Positions 46,901-58,058 of a DNA stretch of 64,000 nt are shown here, in pieces. Both the position numbers and the translations under genes were made by a program. Each line of letters starts with the position of its first letter. Positions within the stretch are counted from its first letter, which is position 1. A model generated the notes under the pieces. It saw nothing but the letters and a program-made list of their open reading frames with translations. It had not been told where the DNA came from and did no database searches. The stretch is from Diadema antillarum (taxonomy: Eukaryota). Location: the NCBI RefSeq assembly GCF_040938485.1, contig NW_027271492.1:1550001-1614000 (forward strand), in the 5' to 3' direction.

Positions 46901-49900
46901 CAGATAAAACACTTTAAGAAACCATGAATGCCAAATTTTCCACGGCTAATCGCATAAACATGAAAATACAATAAATGTATGTGTAACAGGTAATCCCATT
47001 CTCTACTTAATTCGCAAAGGAGACCGATCATTTGGGGAGTGATTATACATGAGTTTTCTGAAGACATATTTGTCCATAAAAAGAGTGTAAATTATTGCTT
47101 GTGACTCAGCAAGTGTAAGGTACAGTATGTATTATAATGTGCCGTGCAAGCATGCGTGTTCAAGCATACAGTGTAGATGTTTGGTGCAATGTTCAATGCA
47201 ATATACATACACACATTGTATGTGTCAACTGTGAATGAGACGTGTTCTTCTGTTAATCGGGTACTCCGCTTAATCGGGTAAGAAACGCTCTGCCCGAGCC
47301 TACCCGATTATGCGGAGAGTACTGTACAGTGCATCATAGTCATGAAATAGGTAATTTCCATTGGCAAAAATCAAAGAGTTGAGTGATGGATGGCACATTT
47401 GCCAGTTTCTGCTTGACAAAAGCAACATCCCCCACCCTACAGGGGAAAAAAAAAATCTCAGCAAATACTCTGTAACAGGAAACCTTTTCCAGAAAAGATA
47501 AGAAAAATGTTACAAACAATGTTGTAAATTAATTTTTGAGGTCCAAATAAGGTCAATACTATGATATGCATGTTGCATTTATAAATTCTATTATTAGTCA
47601 TCTACTGCACGCATGCGAGAATACATGTTGTTGTTGTTCTTTTGGATTGTGGAGCTCTCTGCCGGGTGGGCAACTTGCTCCAAAAAATATAATTATTCAG
47701 ATATGCCTTAAAGGGGAAGGCTAGTAACTGATCAGTGGGAATCAGTGGAAATGCTGGGAGATGATTGTTCCAATCCTTATGGGATTCATTCAAGAGTTCA
47801 TTGTATATCTATTGTTGTGTGAAAATGATTTGCTTCAGAACGGTCTCATATTCAAGTAATGTGCAGATTAATGCTCCGTCACTGACCAGGGACGCTAACC
47901 TGGAAGCATTAAACTGCACATTACTTGAATATGAGACCATTCTGAATCAAATCATTTTCACTCAACAATAGATATACAATGAACTCTTGAATGAATCCCA
48001 TAAGGATTGGAACAATCATCTCCCAGCATTTCCACTGATTCCCACTGATCAGTAACTAGCCTTCCCCTTTAAATTTGATTATAAAAACTTAAAATACTTT
48101 TAATTATTTACAAAAAAACCAATTACATTTATTTTTATATTTACAATGATAGGTACATCGGAAGGAAAGGGGACAGGGTTCCGGGAATGATGTCATCTGC
48201 CTACTCCTGCATCGAGAGAAATGCAGGGTCTATGGTTAAATAGACATGTATGTAATAAATAGACAAGCATGTAAATAATAAATAGTAAATAAATAATAAA
48301 TAATAAATGCTAAATAGACAAGCATGTAACTTGGGTCTATGGCTAAATAGTGGGCACAAACTGTTCACTGCTACTTGGCCTACTAGATCACACTGCTTGG
48401 TGAAGGTTTATGTGGTATAATGATGAAACATTGAGCAAATGGCACAAACAAGTAATATCATGCCCTTCACCAAGGAGATGGTCTGTCAAGTCAGTATTGA
48501 ATGGATCTCCCACCAACCTTGCTTTTTCAGCATGTCATAAGCTTCCTTCACTTTCTGCTCCTGGGGAAGGCCCTTCTGCCAGGAATACATCAGTTCTATG
48601 GTTTTCTTCTGCACCTTCTCTGAGGTCTTGTTTCCCAGATACTGTATTAGCAGAGAAGACGGTGACATAACTTGAAAACATAGGAGTATATATGTGACCG
48701 TGCATCACAAAAAAAACAAACAAACAAGTTGCATGCACTGATTTTGTGTGATGACTGAAAATGGGTGAAACGGGTCAACCTAGCCAATCTTGATTTTTTT
48801 TCATATTTTCTAAAAAAGCAAGTCTTCTTCTATATCATGCTAAAATTTGGGATCATAAAACTAACATGAAAGTGTGTTTTTAGCTGTTTATCTGGAACAA
48901 ATTTTTTTAGAATAGTGTGATTAGGTGTGTCTTTAGAGTCCCTTTTACATTTCTTCAAAACTCTGTACACACTCTTCACTTTTAACTGTAATAACTTCAG
49001 ACAGGATGATGTTACTGCTTTGAAAATTGGCATTAATCATGGACAGAATGTGTTAATAAAGCATGCTTAATTTCAGCTTAATCTGATAATCTCTTCATTG
49101 TTGTTACTCCAGTGGTTTGTACATCCCATTTTTTTTTGTCCCATTCATTGCACAGCTAGCACGGCTTGGTAAAGTTTAAGCGCTTGAATAGACCCTGTGC
49201 TTCAGAGCCTCTTTTCTGAGTTCACACTTTTCCTGGGTGGGTATTTTTTTTCCCAATATTTAGATAGGTTACGAGAGTCAATTTGATTTGAGTTATAAAT
49301 CATTTTAAAGTTTTAATAGTCTGCTCATTCAGAATATGCTCTAAACTAAAAATCCATGTCTGGCGACTTCTTGTTGGTTTTGTGAAGCAGGGTCAGATAT
49401 GCTAACACAATGAAAGCGATGCTTCAGCAACAAGAGGTAACAAACCAACTGGGCGGATGTCTCCAAATTTACCATGCACTTTGTGATAAAAGAAGAAATA
49501 ATGTCTATCAAAGAAGAAAGATGTATTTTTTAAACTGATGGACAAATTGTTATCAATTTACTTTTTAGTCATATTTGGTCATTCGCTATTGACTGAGGAG
49601 TACACTTTGGTAAAAGCTCAAGTATTTAGTTCGGCACAGAAAAAAAAAATTCAAGATGCTAACTTTTCTCCTGTTCTTTTTGAGGATTCTCTTCCCAACA
49701 GATCCATTCTGAATTTAATTCCTTCATTCTCACCAATCACTGATTTGCAAAAACACACAACTTGCAAGAGCAGTGTTTTACACGTATAGCTTCATACTGT
49801 CAGTTTCTGTATCAATACACACTTTGGCAGAAAGAGAATGAATGAATATCATACTATACAGAGTGCTCAGGGAATATAGACTTACCTTGGGCGAGATCAA

Positions 49901-52900
49901 CTTGATCATCTCGTTCAGGAAGCGAAATTTGCCCAGCTCGCGATGGAAGGGCTCCCCGCAGTTCTTGACGCAGGCCTCCAGGACCGTCAACGCCTGCAAG
50001 GACTCCCTCTCCTGGGGGGACTGAATCTTGTGGCCCAGAATGCGGCAGGCAGTCAGAGGTCTTGGGTCAAAGGTCAGAATACGCATACATACATGTAGCC
50101 TTTACATCTAATATAACTCACTTTCTCTTCCTTCCTTTGAATGAAGCAATACAGGAGCCACATGTTTTCTTCATCATTGAAGACATGGAGGAATAATCAT
50201 TCACTTTTATTGACAGGGCTGAAGGTTACTTTTAGTATCTACATCATAGGTTATGTTATTACATACTTCAAAATAGAGATAAGGTTAACTCCTCTGGACA
50301 GATGTAGGATTTTTAAAGATTTGGTCTTTCTCTCGACTGTACTCAAGCTTGTTACTTGATAGGAACAGTGGTGCATAATTGTTACTCAAATGCAAGCATT
50401 ATGTATGCAGCATGGATGCAATTCAGAAACTAATGAAAGAGTTTGCAAAAAGATTTCTGTCTCCATTCTTGCTCACATATGTCTCATTTAAGGCTGATAT
50501 TTCTGCAAGAATAAATAGTCCTCCAAAGATATGTGCAGAGCCCAGCCACCAGATTTAAAAAAAAAGTCATCTTTTGTTGGCCTGACCTGGCAACTTTCAA
50601 AGATTGAAAATGAATCTTTACCTGTGCTTTTACTTCAGGTCACTATATGAATTGTAAGTCTTTTTTTGGGAGCACCACAAATTCAGATTTAAAGATTCAA
50701 GTGGCCTGAATAGGCCATTAGAGAAAAGAGTTAGTGTTGAGCCCTAATATATGGGTTCTGTTTTTTAAATGATTCTCTACATCTTACATTATATACTCAC
50801 CCTTCTAGTTCATGATTGACCTTGTCACAGAAACTCATGATATACTCCCAATCTTCCTCCCTGTTGGCTGGATTCGTTGCTTTGTCTGAAAGGTTGACAG
50901 AGGGACACAGGAAAAAATGTTCCTGATCTAGTCAATGCAATTCAAATCCAAGTCACACAAGGTTTGACAAATGATACCTAAAATCATACATACACATGTA
51001 AGATACTGCACCTATACACATGTATTTCTACTACAGTGCAGTTATGCACACATTTGTAAGTCATAAATAAGGACTGTGATGATTGATGTCAATCAAATCA
51101 TATGAACTAAGACTCCATGAGGATTACTAAACCTTGAGCATTGACAGTCTGGTCAGGATATCTGAACCAGGTGGTTAACAAACTATCATTCCCTGAAATA
51201 TGTACTGAAAACTAACCATGCAGACGCTAACATCATCTTCAGCTCCTTTTGGCGCAAGAAAAAATGAACAAAATGTAGATGTGGATGTCATGTAAATAGT
51301 AACTTCTTAAAAGTTCCACAATAACATAAAATATGGTATGGATGGTAACAAAAGTGATATGTGACCCGCTGCAACAAAAGGATCCGAAAGTCGGGGAGGA
51401 CAATTTTCTCCCTTACTCTTCCACTTTAATGTCATATATAACGTGACTCATAAAATTACTCAGTTGCGGAGATATCGATGATTTTATTAGCACATGTCGA
51501 GTGGTTTAAAAAATCAGCGTTTGGAGAAAAACCGCCTTCAAAGTTTTCCTTCCGATGCTATCATGATCAAGGGGAAGCAAGGCAGTTTTCACCGTTTGAC
51601 AATAGAAGGTAAGCTCCTAGCAACCTCTACGATGTTCATTCAAGCTTAGCACCAGCAGTCTACGCATGACCAATCAGTAACCAGGATGCCATGCACTGAC
51701 CCATGAGATCACTCCCTCGTTGCTAGGGGCGGAGTCTGGCTGCGGCGCTAAATCCAAATCTTCGGACACGTTTCTGTTCCATTGAAAGTCGAAAATCATA
51801 GCCCAGAAAAATGCTATTTTCTTGCCTTTCCTTTGATCATTTAGCTTCGAAATTTCGGCAGATGATAAAAGATACATTAGACTACAAAATCACATCAAAA
51901 ACAGAAATCCGGACGTTTTGACGGATTTTGATGATCTGGCTTCAAACTTGATTTTCTCGGCTCGCCCGTCAGTGACTTTAGGATCCTTTTGTTGTAGCGG
52001 GTCACATATTCCTAACTTGATATCTGCATTCATTCTAGTTTACATACATATGAACTGACTTCACATGTGACTGATGTAATAATATGAAAAACAGAATTTC
52101 TGTTTTTCATAATATTACATCAGCAGAAATACAAATTTCATTTAGCCTCAGTGAAAGAGAGCATGGTGGTGGTTTATAACCTTAATCAATACCCTGATTC
52201 CATATTGAACTCTGTGTGTGCTGCTGCCTTTCATTAATACTATTAGTAACTTGTTACCACTTCTTCATAGGGACACAGAGAAACCAACCTTTATTAATTT
52301 ATGGTTCTTTTAGTTTTCACCACACTCATTCTCCATCGCATGTGTTTACCAGTAAAATACTCATGAAATCCGTCTGTATGGAGGTGTTTATAACATTTTT
52401 GAAAAAACTTTTAATTCCCTGAAGCCAGCCAGAAATAGTCTCTGCTGAACATATTCCAAAGTCTCCAATGATTATGATATTGATAAAATAAATTTTACAG
52501 TTCTACCATTCTACACTACTCTACAGACTGATCTTTTGTAAGTTTGGTCAACTTAACCAGCAGCTATCAAATTCATTGAACTAGACTCGAGTTCTATTTG
52601 TATCGTATGTAAACTTAAGTTAGAGGTTCTATGATATAGATCTCTAACATTAGTCTATATGAAAATAATTTAATGCCATTAAATTTACTTTTTATTAGTC
52701 ATTACAAATTAGAATCTAGGGAGACTGAGAGGAAGGATGAATGAAGACTGGAGCTAGTAATTCGTTGCTGAGTTCACGAGGACTGCGAAGCAAGAGTCGG
52801 GGCAGGTCCGTTCTGACAGGAAACAGGGTAGTTAAATCTACCATTTATACAGCCACAGGATTTCGCCAGGTCCAAGGTCTACCTGGGCCCTGGCCCGCAC

Positions 52901-53202
52901 CCCCAGCTGCAGCTGGCAGGCCACGCAGGCCGCGGCCAGTCGGGAGCATTTAGACCTACTATCAATGCACCATAATCAACGAGTGGGACTGTGTGAAAGA
53001 GGCCATTAAACAGGGGGCGTTGGCAAAGTCATCATCACTTCACGAAAACTCTGTTGCAGCGACGGCTCTAGCATTAACTATGCAAATACATCTCAAGTGA
53101 ATTGTTGTAGGCTCCCAAATCGGGCTGTAATTACTCTAATTCAGCACTGTGGCACTTACTTAGCAACGTTTCCAGAGTTTCCCAGTCATCAGCTTCCGCC
53201 AT
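34832..53202 (-). CDS. GGA: ADP-ribosylation factor-binding protein GGA (GGA1/GGA3-like), VHS-GAT-hinge-GAE, 16 coding exons, 755 aa
   Basis: complement join(53160-53202,50801-50885,49886-50060,48518-48641,46140-46240,45296-45514,44430-44511,43111-43227,41946-42086,41140-41318,40348-40562,39075-39200,37060-37352,36726-36889,35535-35645,34832-34924). All introns are GT-AG, 2268 nt in frame. VHS: KATNP..EEDWEYI, ALTVLEACVKNCG..F, FRFLNEMIKLISPKYLG. GAT: LLKSKHPEDLQAANRLIK. GAE: FQAAVPK, VKLQPPS..LPAYNPILPPSAITQV. Confidence 0.96.
35535..35645 (-). CDS. GGA: GGA exon 15 (GAE)
   Basis: TMRVKLQPPSATDLPAYNPILPPSAITQVMLLANPNK; GTAAGA donor. Confidence 0.96.
35745..36239. repeat. (CAT/CAG)n trinucleotide repeat with two assembly gaps (GGA intron 14)
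   Basis: Direct; gaps at 35756-35907 and 36058-36239. A similar (GAT)n tract is at about 55980-56080. Confidence 0.9.
36726..36889 (-). CDS. GGA: GGA exon 14 (GAE)
   Basis: PVTAYEKNNVK..FQAAVPK; GTGGCA donor. Confidence 0.95.
37060..37352 (-). CDS. GGA: GGA exon 13 (..SGDDQLL..LADVFVPLESIQP)
   Basis: CTCTAG acceptor, GTGAGT donor. Confidence 0.92.
39075..39200 (-). CDS. GGA: GGA exon 12 (..DAFADLESLGR..)
   Basis: GCGCAG acceptor, GTAAGA donor. Confidence 0.9.
40348..40562 (-). CDS. GGA: GGA exon 11 (Gln/Met-rich hinge)
   Basis: ATGCAG acceptor, GTGTGC donor. Confidence 0.88.
41140..41318 (-). CDS. GGA: GGA exon 10 (hinge)
   Basis: ATTCAG acceptor, GTGAGA donor. Confidence 0.88.
41946..42086 (-). 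CDS. GGA: GGA exon 9 (hinge; LIDF, LLESQLSSLG)
   Basis: GTGCAG acceptor, GTAAAT donor. Confidence 0.9.
42128..42446. mobile_element. Palindromic Harbinger-like MITE (about 84 bp when empty) interrupted by a second MITE
   Basis: TIR GGCCCGAATTCAC, TTT on both flanks; arms TGGTACAATCTTTGTCCATGGTTT / AAACCATGGACAAAGATTGTACCA. Confidence 0.85.
42170..42390. mobile_element. Nested 221-bp TIR element
   Basis: TIR GAC(C/T)GTAGTTTTGTATGGGGCGCCAAGTGTCGCATGGC(T/C)TATTTC (2 mismatches in 45 bp); 14-bp direct repeat TTTGTCCATGGT(C/T)T on both sides. Confidence 0.88.
42923..43007. mobile_element. 85-bp MITE with TTAA TSD
   Basis: TTAA-CCCGTTGAGG ... CCTCAACAGG-TTAA; second copy at 21268-21342. Confidence 0.8.
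43111..43227 (-). CDS. GGA: GGA exon 8 (GAT end)
   Basis: DILETNDSVVKVMELYK..; GTGGGT donor chosen for phase. Confidence 0.88.
44430..44511 (-). CDS. GGA: GGA exon 7 (GAT)
   Basis: ELYLTCERMRPSLFRLASDADEKDDCI; GTGAGT donor. Confidence 0.95.
45003..45211. mobile_element. Tc1/mariner-type MITE, 209 bp, TA TSD
   Basis: TIR CTGTAAAAGTG(GAT/AAA)ATTTTCGCG (21/23), TA on both flanks. Confidence 0.85.
45296..45514 (-). CDS. GGA: GGA exon 6 (GAT)
   Basis: LLARLLKSKHPEDLQAANRLIKNMVKED..; GTGAGG donor. Confidence 0.95.
46140..46240 (-). CDS. GGA: GGA exon 5 (VHS-GAT linker)
   Basis: LIKEDP..PKPRMAEFEDEEKSK; CTCCAG acceptor, GTTTGT donor. Confidence 0.93.
46730..47324. mobile_element. pogo/Tigger-like non-autonomous element, 595 bp, TA TSD
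   Basis: TIR CAGTACTCTCCGC(G/A)TAATCGGGTA (23/24), subterminal TAATCGGGTA repeats. Confidence 0.85.
47712..48068. mobile_element. Foldback MITE, 357 bp, TTAA TSD (Kolobok-like AGGGG ends)
   Basis: Arms of about 160 bp with 5 mismatches; TTAA at 47708-47711 and 48069-48072. Confidence 0.9.
48518..48641 (-). CDS. GGA: GGA exon 4 (VHS)
   Basis: YLGNKTSEKVQKK..AYDMLKKQ; GTTGGT donor. Confidence 0.95.
49886..50060 (-). CDS. GGA: GGA exon 3 (VHS)
   Basis: PLTACRILGHKIQSPQERE..ISPK; GTAAGT donor. Confidence 0.95.
50801..50885 (-). CDS. GGA: GGA exon 2 (VHS: KATNPANREEDWEYIMSFCDKVNHELE)
   Basis: TTTCAG acceptor, GTGAGT donor. Confidence 0.95.
51361..52005. mobile_element. Non-autonomous TIR element, 645 bp, ATAT flanks
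   Basis: TIR GTGACCCGCT(G/A)CAACAAAAGGATCC(G/T)AAAGTC (30/32); ATAT at 51357-51360 and 52006-52009. Confidence 0.85.
53160..53202 (-). CDS. GGA: GGA exon 1 (MAEADDWETLETLL)
   Basis: AACATGG Kozak context, GTAAGT donor, phase 1. Confidence 0.9.
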
Positions 53203-53674
53203 GTTGACGATTTTTTTTTTCTCACATGATCAACCTAAAAAACTAGAGGAGCTAGCCCGTATAAATGCATGGGAGCTGGACAATTCGACCTCAAGATAAT
53301 CTGACCCATAATAATGCGACCCAAACCCTGAACAGCTCGTTCAGCTACCAAATCCGTATGCACAATAAATGAATGTATACAACCACACTAAGTAGACATC
53401 GGCATAATCGTGATATAGTCCCCACCTCTCCGTTGGGGACTATTACAATCCCACCTAAATGCCGATGACTTCTGGCATCTGAATTTAGGCCTATGGATGT
53501 AGAAAAAAATCATGGATGATAGTGGCAATAAGTGAAAACCAAATGCGACAATTACTTTTAAACAGCAAAGTTACTTACCGTGGCCGGACTGTCGGCGCCA
53601 CTCCCTTTCAAAAATTGGGGGGGGGGGGGGGGGGGGTGGAGGGGGATGGGAGGACCCAGTTTATATTTCTGGTA

Positions 53675-53880
53675 CCACTTCCAGGTTTCATAAGCTAACA
53701 AGCAAAAAAAAAAAAAAAAAAAGGCCTTCTAGGCAACTACTTTCGGCTGCTACTTCCGGGTTACATCAGCTAATAAGAAAAAAACAACAACAACAACAAA
53801 ACAAACAAACAACAAAAACAAAAAAGGCCTTCAGTGCAACTTTCTGATTCCACTTCTTGGTTTCTTCAGCTGACAACCAA
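53675..53880. repeat. Three degenerate tandem units (CCACTTCC(A/G)GGTT..AGCT.A.AA plus A-tract) between the GGA and MRPS34 starts
   Basis: Units at about 53675, 53750 and 53850; related motif at 54786. Confidence 0.5.
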
Positions 53881-54732
53881 GCAAACAAAAAACAAAAACA
53901 AATACAAACAAACAAACAAAACCTTACCCCGCACTCCACTTCGATTCGGCAGTTACATAAACTTCACCAATGTCATGTTGTCAAGCTAAAGCATTTATTG
54001 GTTTGAATCTCCCCTCTAGATCAGGCACAATCTAAAAATTAGGCCTATATGCCTATAAAAGATGTATGTATATCATACGTACTGTATACATATTTGTATT
54101 GAAGGTAAAATGGGAAACTTATAAGAATTACAGTATGTTGTTCTGTTAGTGGGCCAGAGTGGCGGGTATTTTTTTATGACTTGAGAGGTTATTGTTATTG
54201 TTATTTTATTGAAATATGATAGAGGAAAATGAGGCCGGGTATCACAGGGAACTGTGTGAATCGTTTGTTGTGTTGCATATTAAAGATTAATATAAGTGGC
54301 AAAACACTGTATAGGGCCTTCATAAGATGAATGATAAACCTTAAACGGCGTATTTTTTATCATAGTTTTTCATTAATCAAATAATGTTGTTACCCTAATA
54401 ATATATAAGTACATCAGGGTACCTTTCAACGGAATACCGATGTTTGTTTCATTAGTAGCATTCCTATTTTCGATAGTGCTCTTCCCACTGCTTCTTTGAC
54501 GGTTTTGGCCGCAGCCTTTATTTTTTTTTTTTCAATTTCAATTCAGTTCAATTCATTTTCTAAGCATAAAATCCATGACAAGTAAGTATTAAAAATTGAT
54601 TTCTCTAGTGTAGCCGCACTTCAGAATTGTTGTTGTTCTTTAGGCTGCTATATATCTTCAAAGGGCTCACTATTATAGTCCCATATAGTGCATCCTGTTC
54701 AGGAAGATGATCCATACCACAGGTGTACGGCA

Positions 54733-54900
54733 CAGGAGCGGATCCAGTAATTCTGTAAAGGGGGGCGTGACTAATATTTCTGGTGCCACTACCGGGTTTC
54801 ATTTCATTGTTTTTATTTTTATTTCTTTTGTTTTTTACGAAAAATAAAAGGAGGGGGGGGGGTTGTGCACCATTTGCGTCCCCCTCTGGATCCGCCACTG
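54733..54900. mobile_element. Small CAG..CTG MITE (hAT-like TIR)
   Basis: TIR CAG(GA/TG)GCGGATCCAG (13/15); CGGCA on both flanks. Confidence 0.7.
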
Positions 54901-55670
54901 CGGCACATCTATAAACAATCGTATCCGGTGTCGAGCTTACTTAGAGAGTCAGTTCGCTTCCCATTATGTCCATACCATTCAATTACTTGTGAAAATGTGA
55001 AGATGCCAGATGAAGTTGCATATAGAGGTCTTACACGATCTATGTGAGTCGGGGGCATAGCATGGCCATACACAGGGGCCACACAGCTAGACAAAGCAGC
55101 GAATTGCTTGAAAATTCAGTATTTTTTTCCATACAATAATTATCTTATCTTATACACATTTTGTGGCAAATANNNNNNNNNNNNNNNNNNNNNNNNNNNN
55201 NNNNNNNNNNNNNNNNNNNNNNNNNNNNNNNNNNNNNNNNNNNNNNNNNNNNNNNNNNNNNNNNNNNNNNNNNNNNNNNNNNNNNNNNNNNNNNNNNNNN
55301 NNNNNNNNNNNNNNNNNNNNNNNNNNNNNNNCATTTTAGGTATAGGTCGAGGAGTGCGAACTCGACTTGGACAATTCGACCCATTGGACCTGTCAAGGAC
55401 TTGGGTCGGATTATCCAGGGGTCGAATTGTCCAGGAACCGTCCACATCGCAGGCAAAGGTAGGGGTACACTCCGTGTGCACTCGTGCGCTGACGGTGCTG
55501 TGAAGCCTAGACCCATGTGTGATTTTATGTGTAGGGTTCTATGTAAACTCAGTCTAGGCGCAGGCCCTACCACTTGCCAGTGCTGATTATGTCGTGATCT
55601 AGCGGGGGCTCTTGGCGTAATAATTGCGTACTTTATTAGATCGATATATCATTTCCTGTACATGCTAAAC

Positions 55671-58058
55671 ATGGCAGTAGCCCATGCTCATCCCTGGAGA
55701 ACTGGAAAGAGTCTCTTTGATATCCTGACACAGCTGCCGAAATTTGGAGTAGGCCGAGTGGTGACAAGAACAAGATGGCAGCATCTGTGGCCAGACCAAC
55801 CTAGCTACTACCGGATAACTCGTGTGAAGATTGACTGTGAGAGTTTGGTAAGACTAGTTCCCGGACTCTGTTTCTCATGGGATACTTCAGGTGCTTTTGC
55901 TGGCTGTCAACATTGAGTAAATTTACAAAAGTTATTGCATAAGCACGCACGTTCATGTAACTGCAGAAATAGCTTAGCGATAGTGATCGGTGATGATGAT
56001 CATGAATGACATGATGATGATGGTGATGATGATGATCAGATGATGTTGATGATGATGATGATGATGATGTCGATGATGATGATAAAAATAATTTATATAT
56101 TTTACATTGTATATAATATTATTAGCAGTGATTAGGTCTAACAAATAGTCTAACAAGTTAGAATGGAAATGATGAAAATCATGATAATGAACTAAATTAA
56201 TGTTGAATGTATGACCTTTGTGGAACAGTCCTCCCTTTCTGAATTCTCTGAAGAGCAATTAAATGTTTTAGTTTTGCTAAATTTAAATTTTAATTGAAAT
56301 TAGTCTCATGACCTCCTGATTAAAGCCTGCCCAGTGGAGGTCCCAGCTCTCTCCACCATCCTCCTCCCCCCCCCCCCCCCCCCATTCTAACATGAAGAGC
56401 AGGGACCACGGAAGACGGAACATTTTTCAGTGGGGGGATGTCAAAGCCCCCCTCCCCTTTTCTGCAGCCCCTGAGGAGTTCTGCTTCCTGTGGAGTGGAT
56501 CTATATGTACATCCTTTAGGCTTTAGTGTGATTGTGAAAGTTATAGGTTTTAATCTCAAGAGTCAGACTCATCCCAGTAGTTGTTTATTGTGTGTTAAAT
56601 ACATACACTGTATATTTTTATTATTCTACAACATTTCAAAGACTGTGTTTGTTTGTTTTTTAGCATTCTATATCTTTTTCTTTTATGTCACACTACCGGT
56701 ACTTTTTTTCTCATTCTGTCTTTATCTTTTCTCTCACTCTGTTTCCCTCTTTCTTTTGCTCATGTATCTATTTATCTGCATTATTCTATCCACTGGTGCC
56801 TTTCTCTCTATCTCGTCCACTTTGCTTTAACAAATGTTTTATTCCCTTTTCCATAGAATCTTGGCCAGGGAGAAGCATGGGGAATCCCTACTGTAAAGGG
56901 TGAGTAGAATTCCATCTCCCCTGGAACCCTCTTTTTAAAAGATTTGTTTTAAAAAGAGACATTTAATTTAAAGTGAAAGTAAATTCTTACCTGTTATTTT
57001 CAGGAACATGTTTCACTAAGAGCCTTACAGTCACTGTTACAGGAGGTTACATAATTGCAATTGGTATGATGGTCAGTGTTCACATTTTGTTTAGTGTTGA
57101 TTAGCTCTAGCTAGTGCTGACTAGGTGACTGCTCTTACTGTAAATTACGGTGGTTACAAAGGCCATTGTAAATCAGTCACACAGACCATAGAAGAGAGGA
57201 AATGCCAATTGGATGTAGTTTCTCTTACACTTGTGTATATGTGATTCTTGTTTCTACCTTTGTACCTGGCGATGGTATTCATCTTCATAGTAGACAAAGG
57301 GTTGTACCAGTCACAAGGTCTATGTGTGTTCACGAGCTCAGCTAAAATGAGATGATTAATGAAAAATTTTCAACTAAGGCAACAGGCAATTGAAGGTGTT
57401 AAACTGAATATTATTGTTCAATATTTGCTGGTTTGTTTTTTTTAATGAATTTACTTGATTTAATTCATTCATAGTTTAGTTGTAGATAATGTATCTAATT
57501 TGTCAGAAATAGATTATTCATTTTGTCATTCTCAGGGCATGGAAAGTGTTGTGGAGATATCATTTGGCATTGTTGTTTGGGGCATTATTGTCTTCTTCAA
57601 ACTAAAATGTGTTCAGCCATTTAAAGAAGTGTCACGTTCCAAAAGTACTTGATCCAAATTCCTTTGTCTCTTTTTGCTCGAATATAAATGAACATTAAAA
57701 CAAAGGTTATTCCAGTGATGGCATTGAAGTGCGTATTGGAGCGTGGTGGAAGAGAGAGTGGCGTCTCATCAGAAAGAGTGAGGAGGAGGAGTTCTGCGCC
57801 TACACCCCCAAGGAGACCGACTTCCACCAGGTACCCACCAAGGTGCCCATGCCGCCCCTCCTGGCAGCCATGATGAAGGAGGAGAGGACTTCCAAGGGAC
57901 TTCCCCCTCTCGGTGAGGAGGGAAAGCCCCTCCTCTTGGACATCGGCATCCGAGGAGGCTACAGGAACAGGGCCTTTCAGATTCCTGAGGATGAACTCGT
58001 CGGGTGCAGCTCCGGTGAATTTCACCTGCCGGATGTGACGAGGGATGTAAAGAGCTAG
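55671..58058 (+). CDS. MRPS34: Mitochondrial ribosomal protein S34, 3 exons, about 190 aa
   Basis: join(55671-55847,56857-56899,57706-58058). GKSLFDILTQLPKFGVGRVVTR, PSYYRITRV, GEAWGIPTVKG, EWRLIRKSEEEEF and VPMPPLLAAM match MRPS34 family motifs. Exact start and exon-3 acceptor are uncertain. Confidence 0.9.
56857..56899 (+). CDS. MRPS34: MRPS34 exon 2 (NLGQGEAWGIPTVK)
   Basis: CCATAG acceptor, G|GTGAGT donor. Confidence 0.9.
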
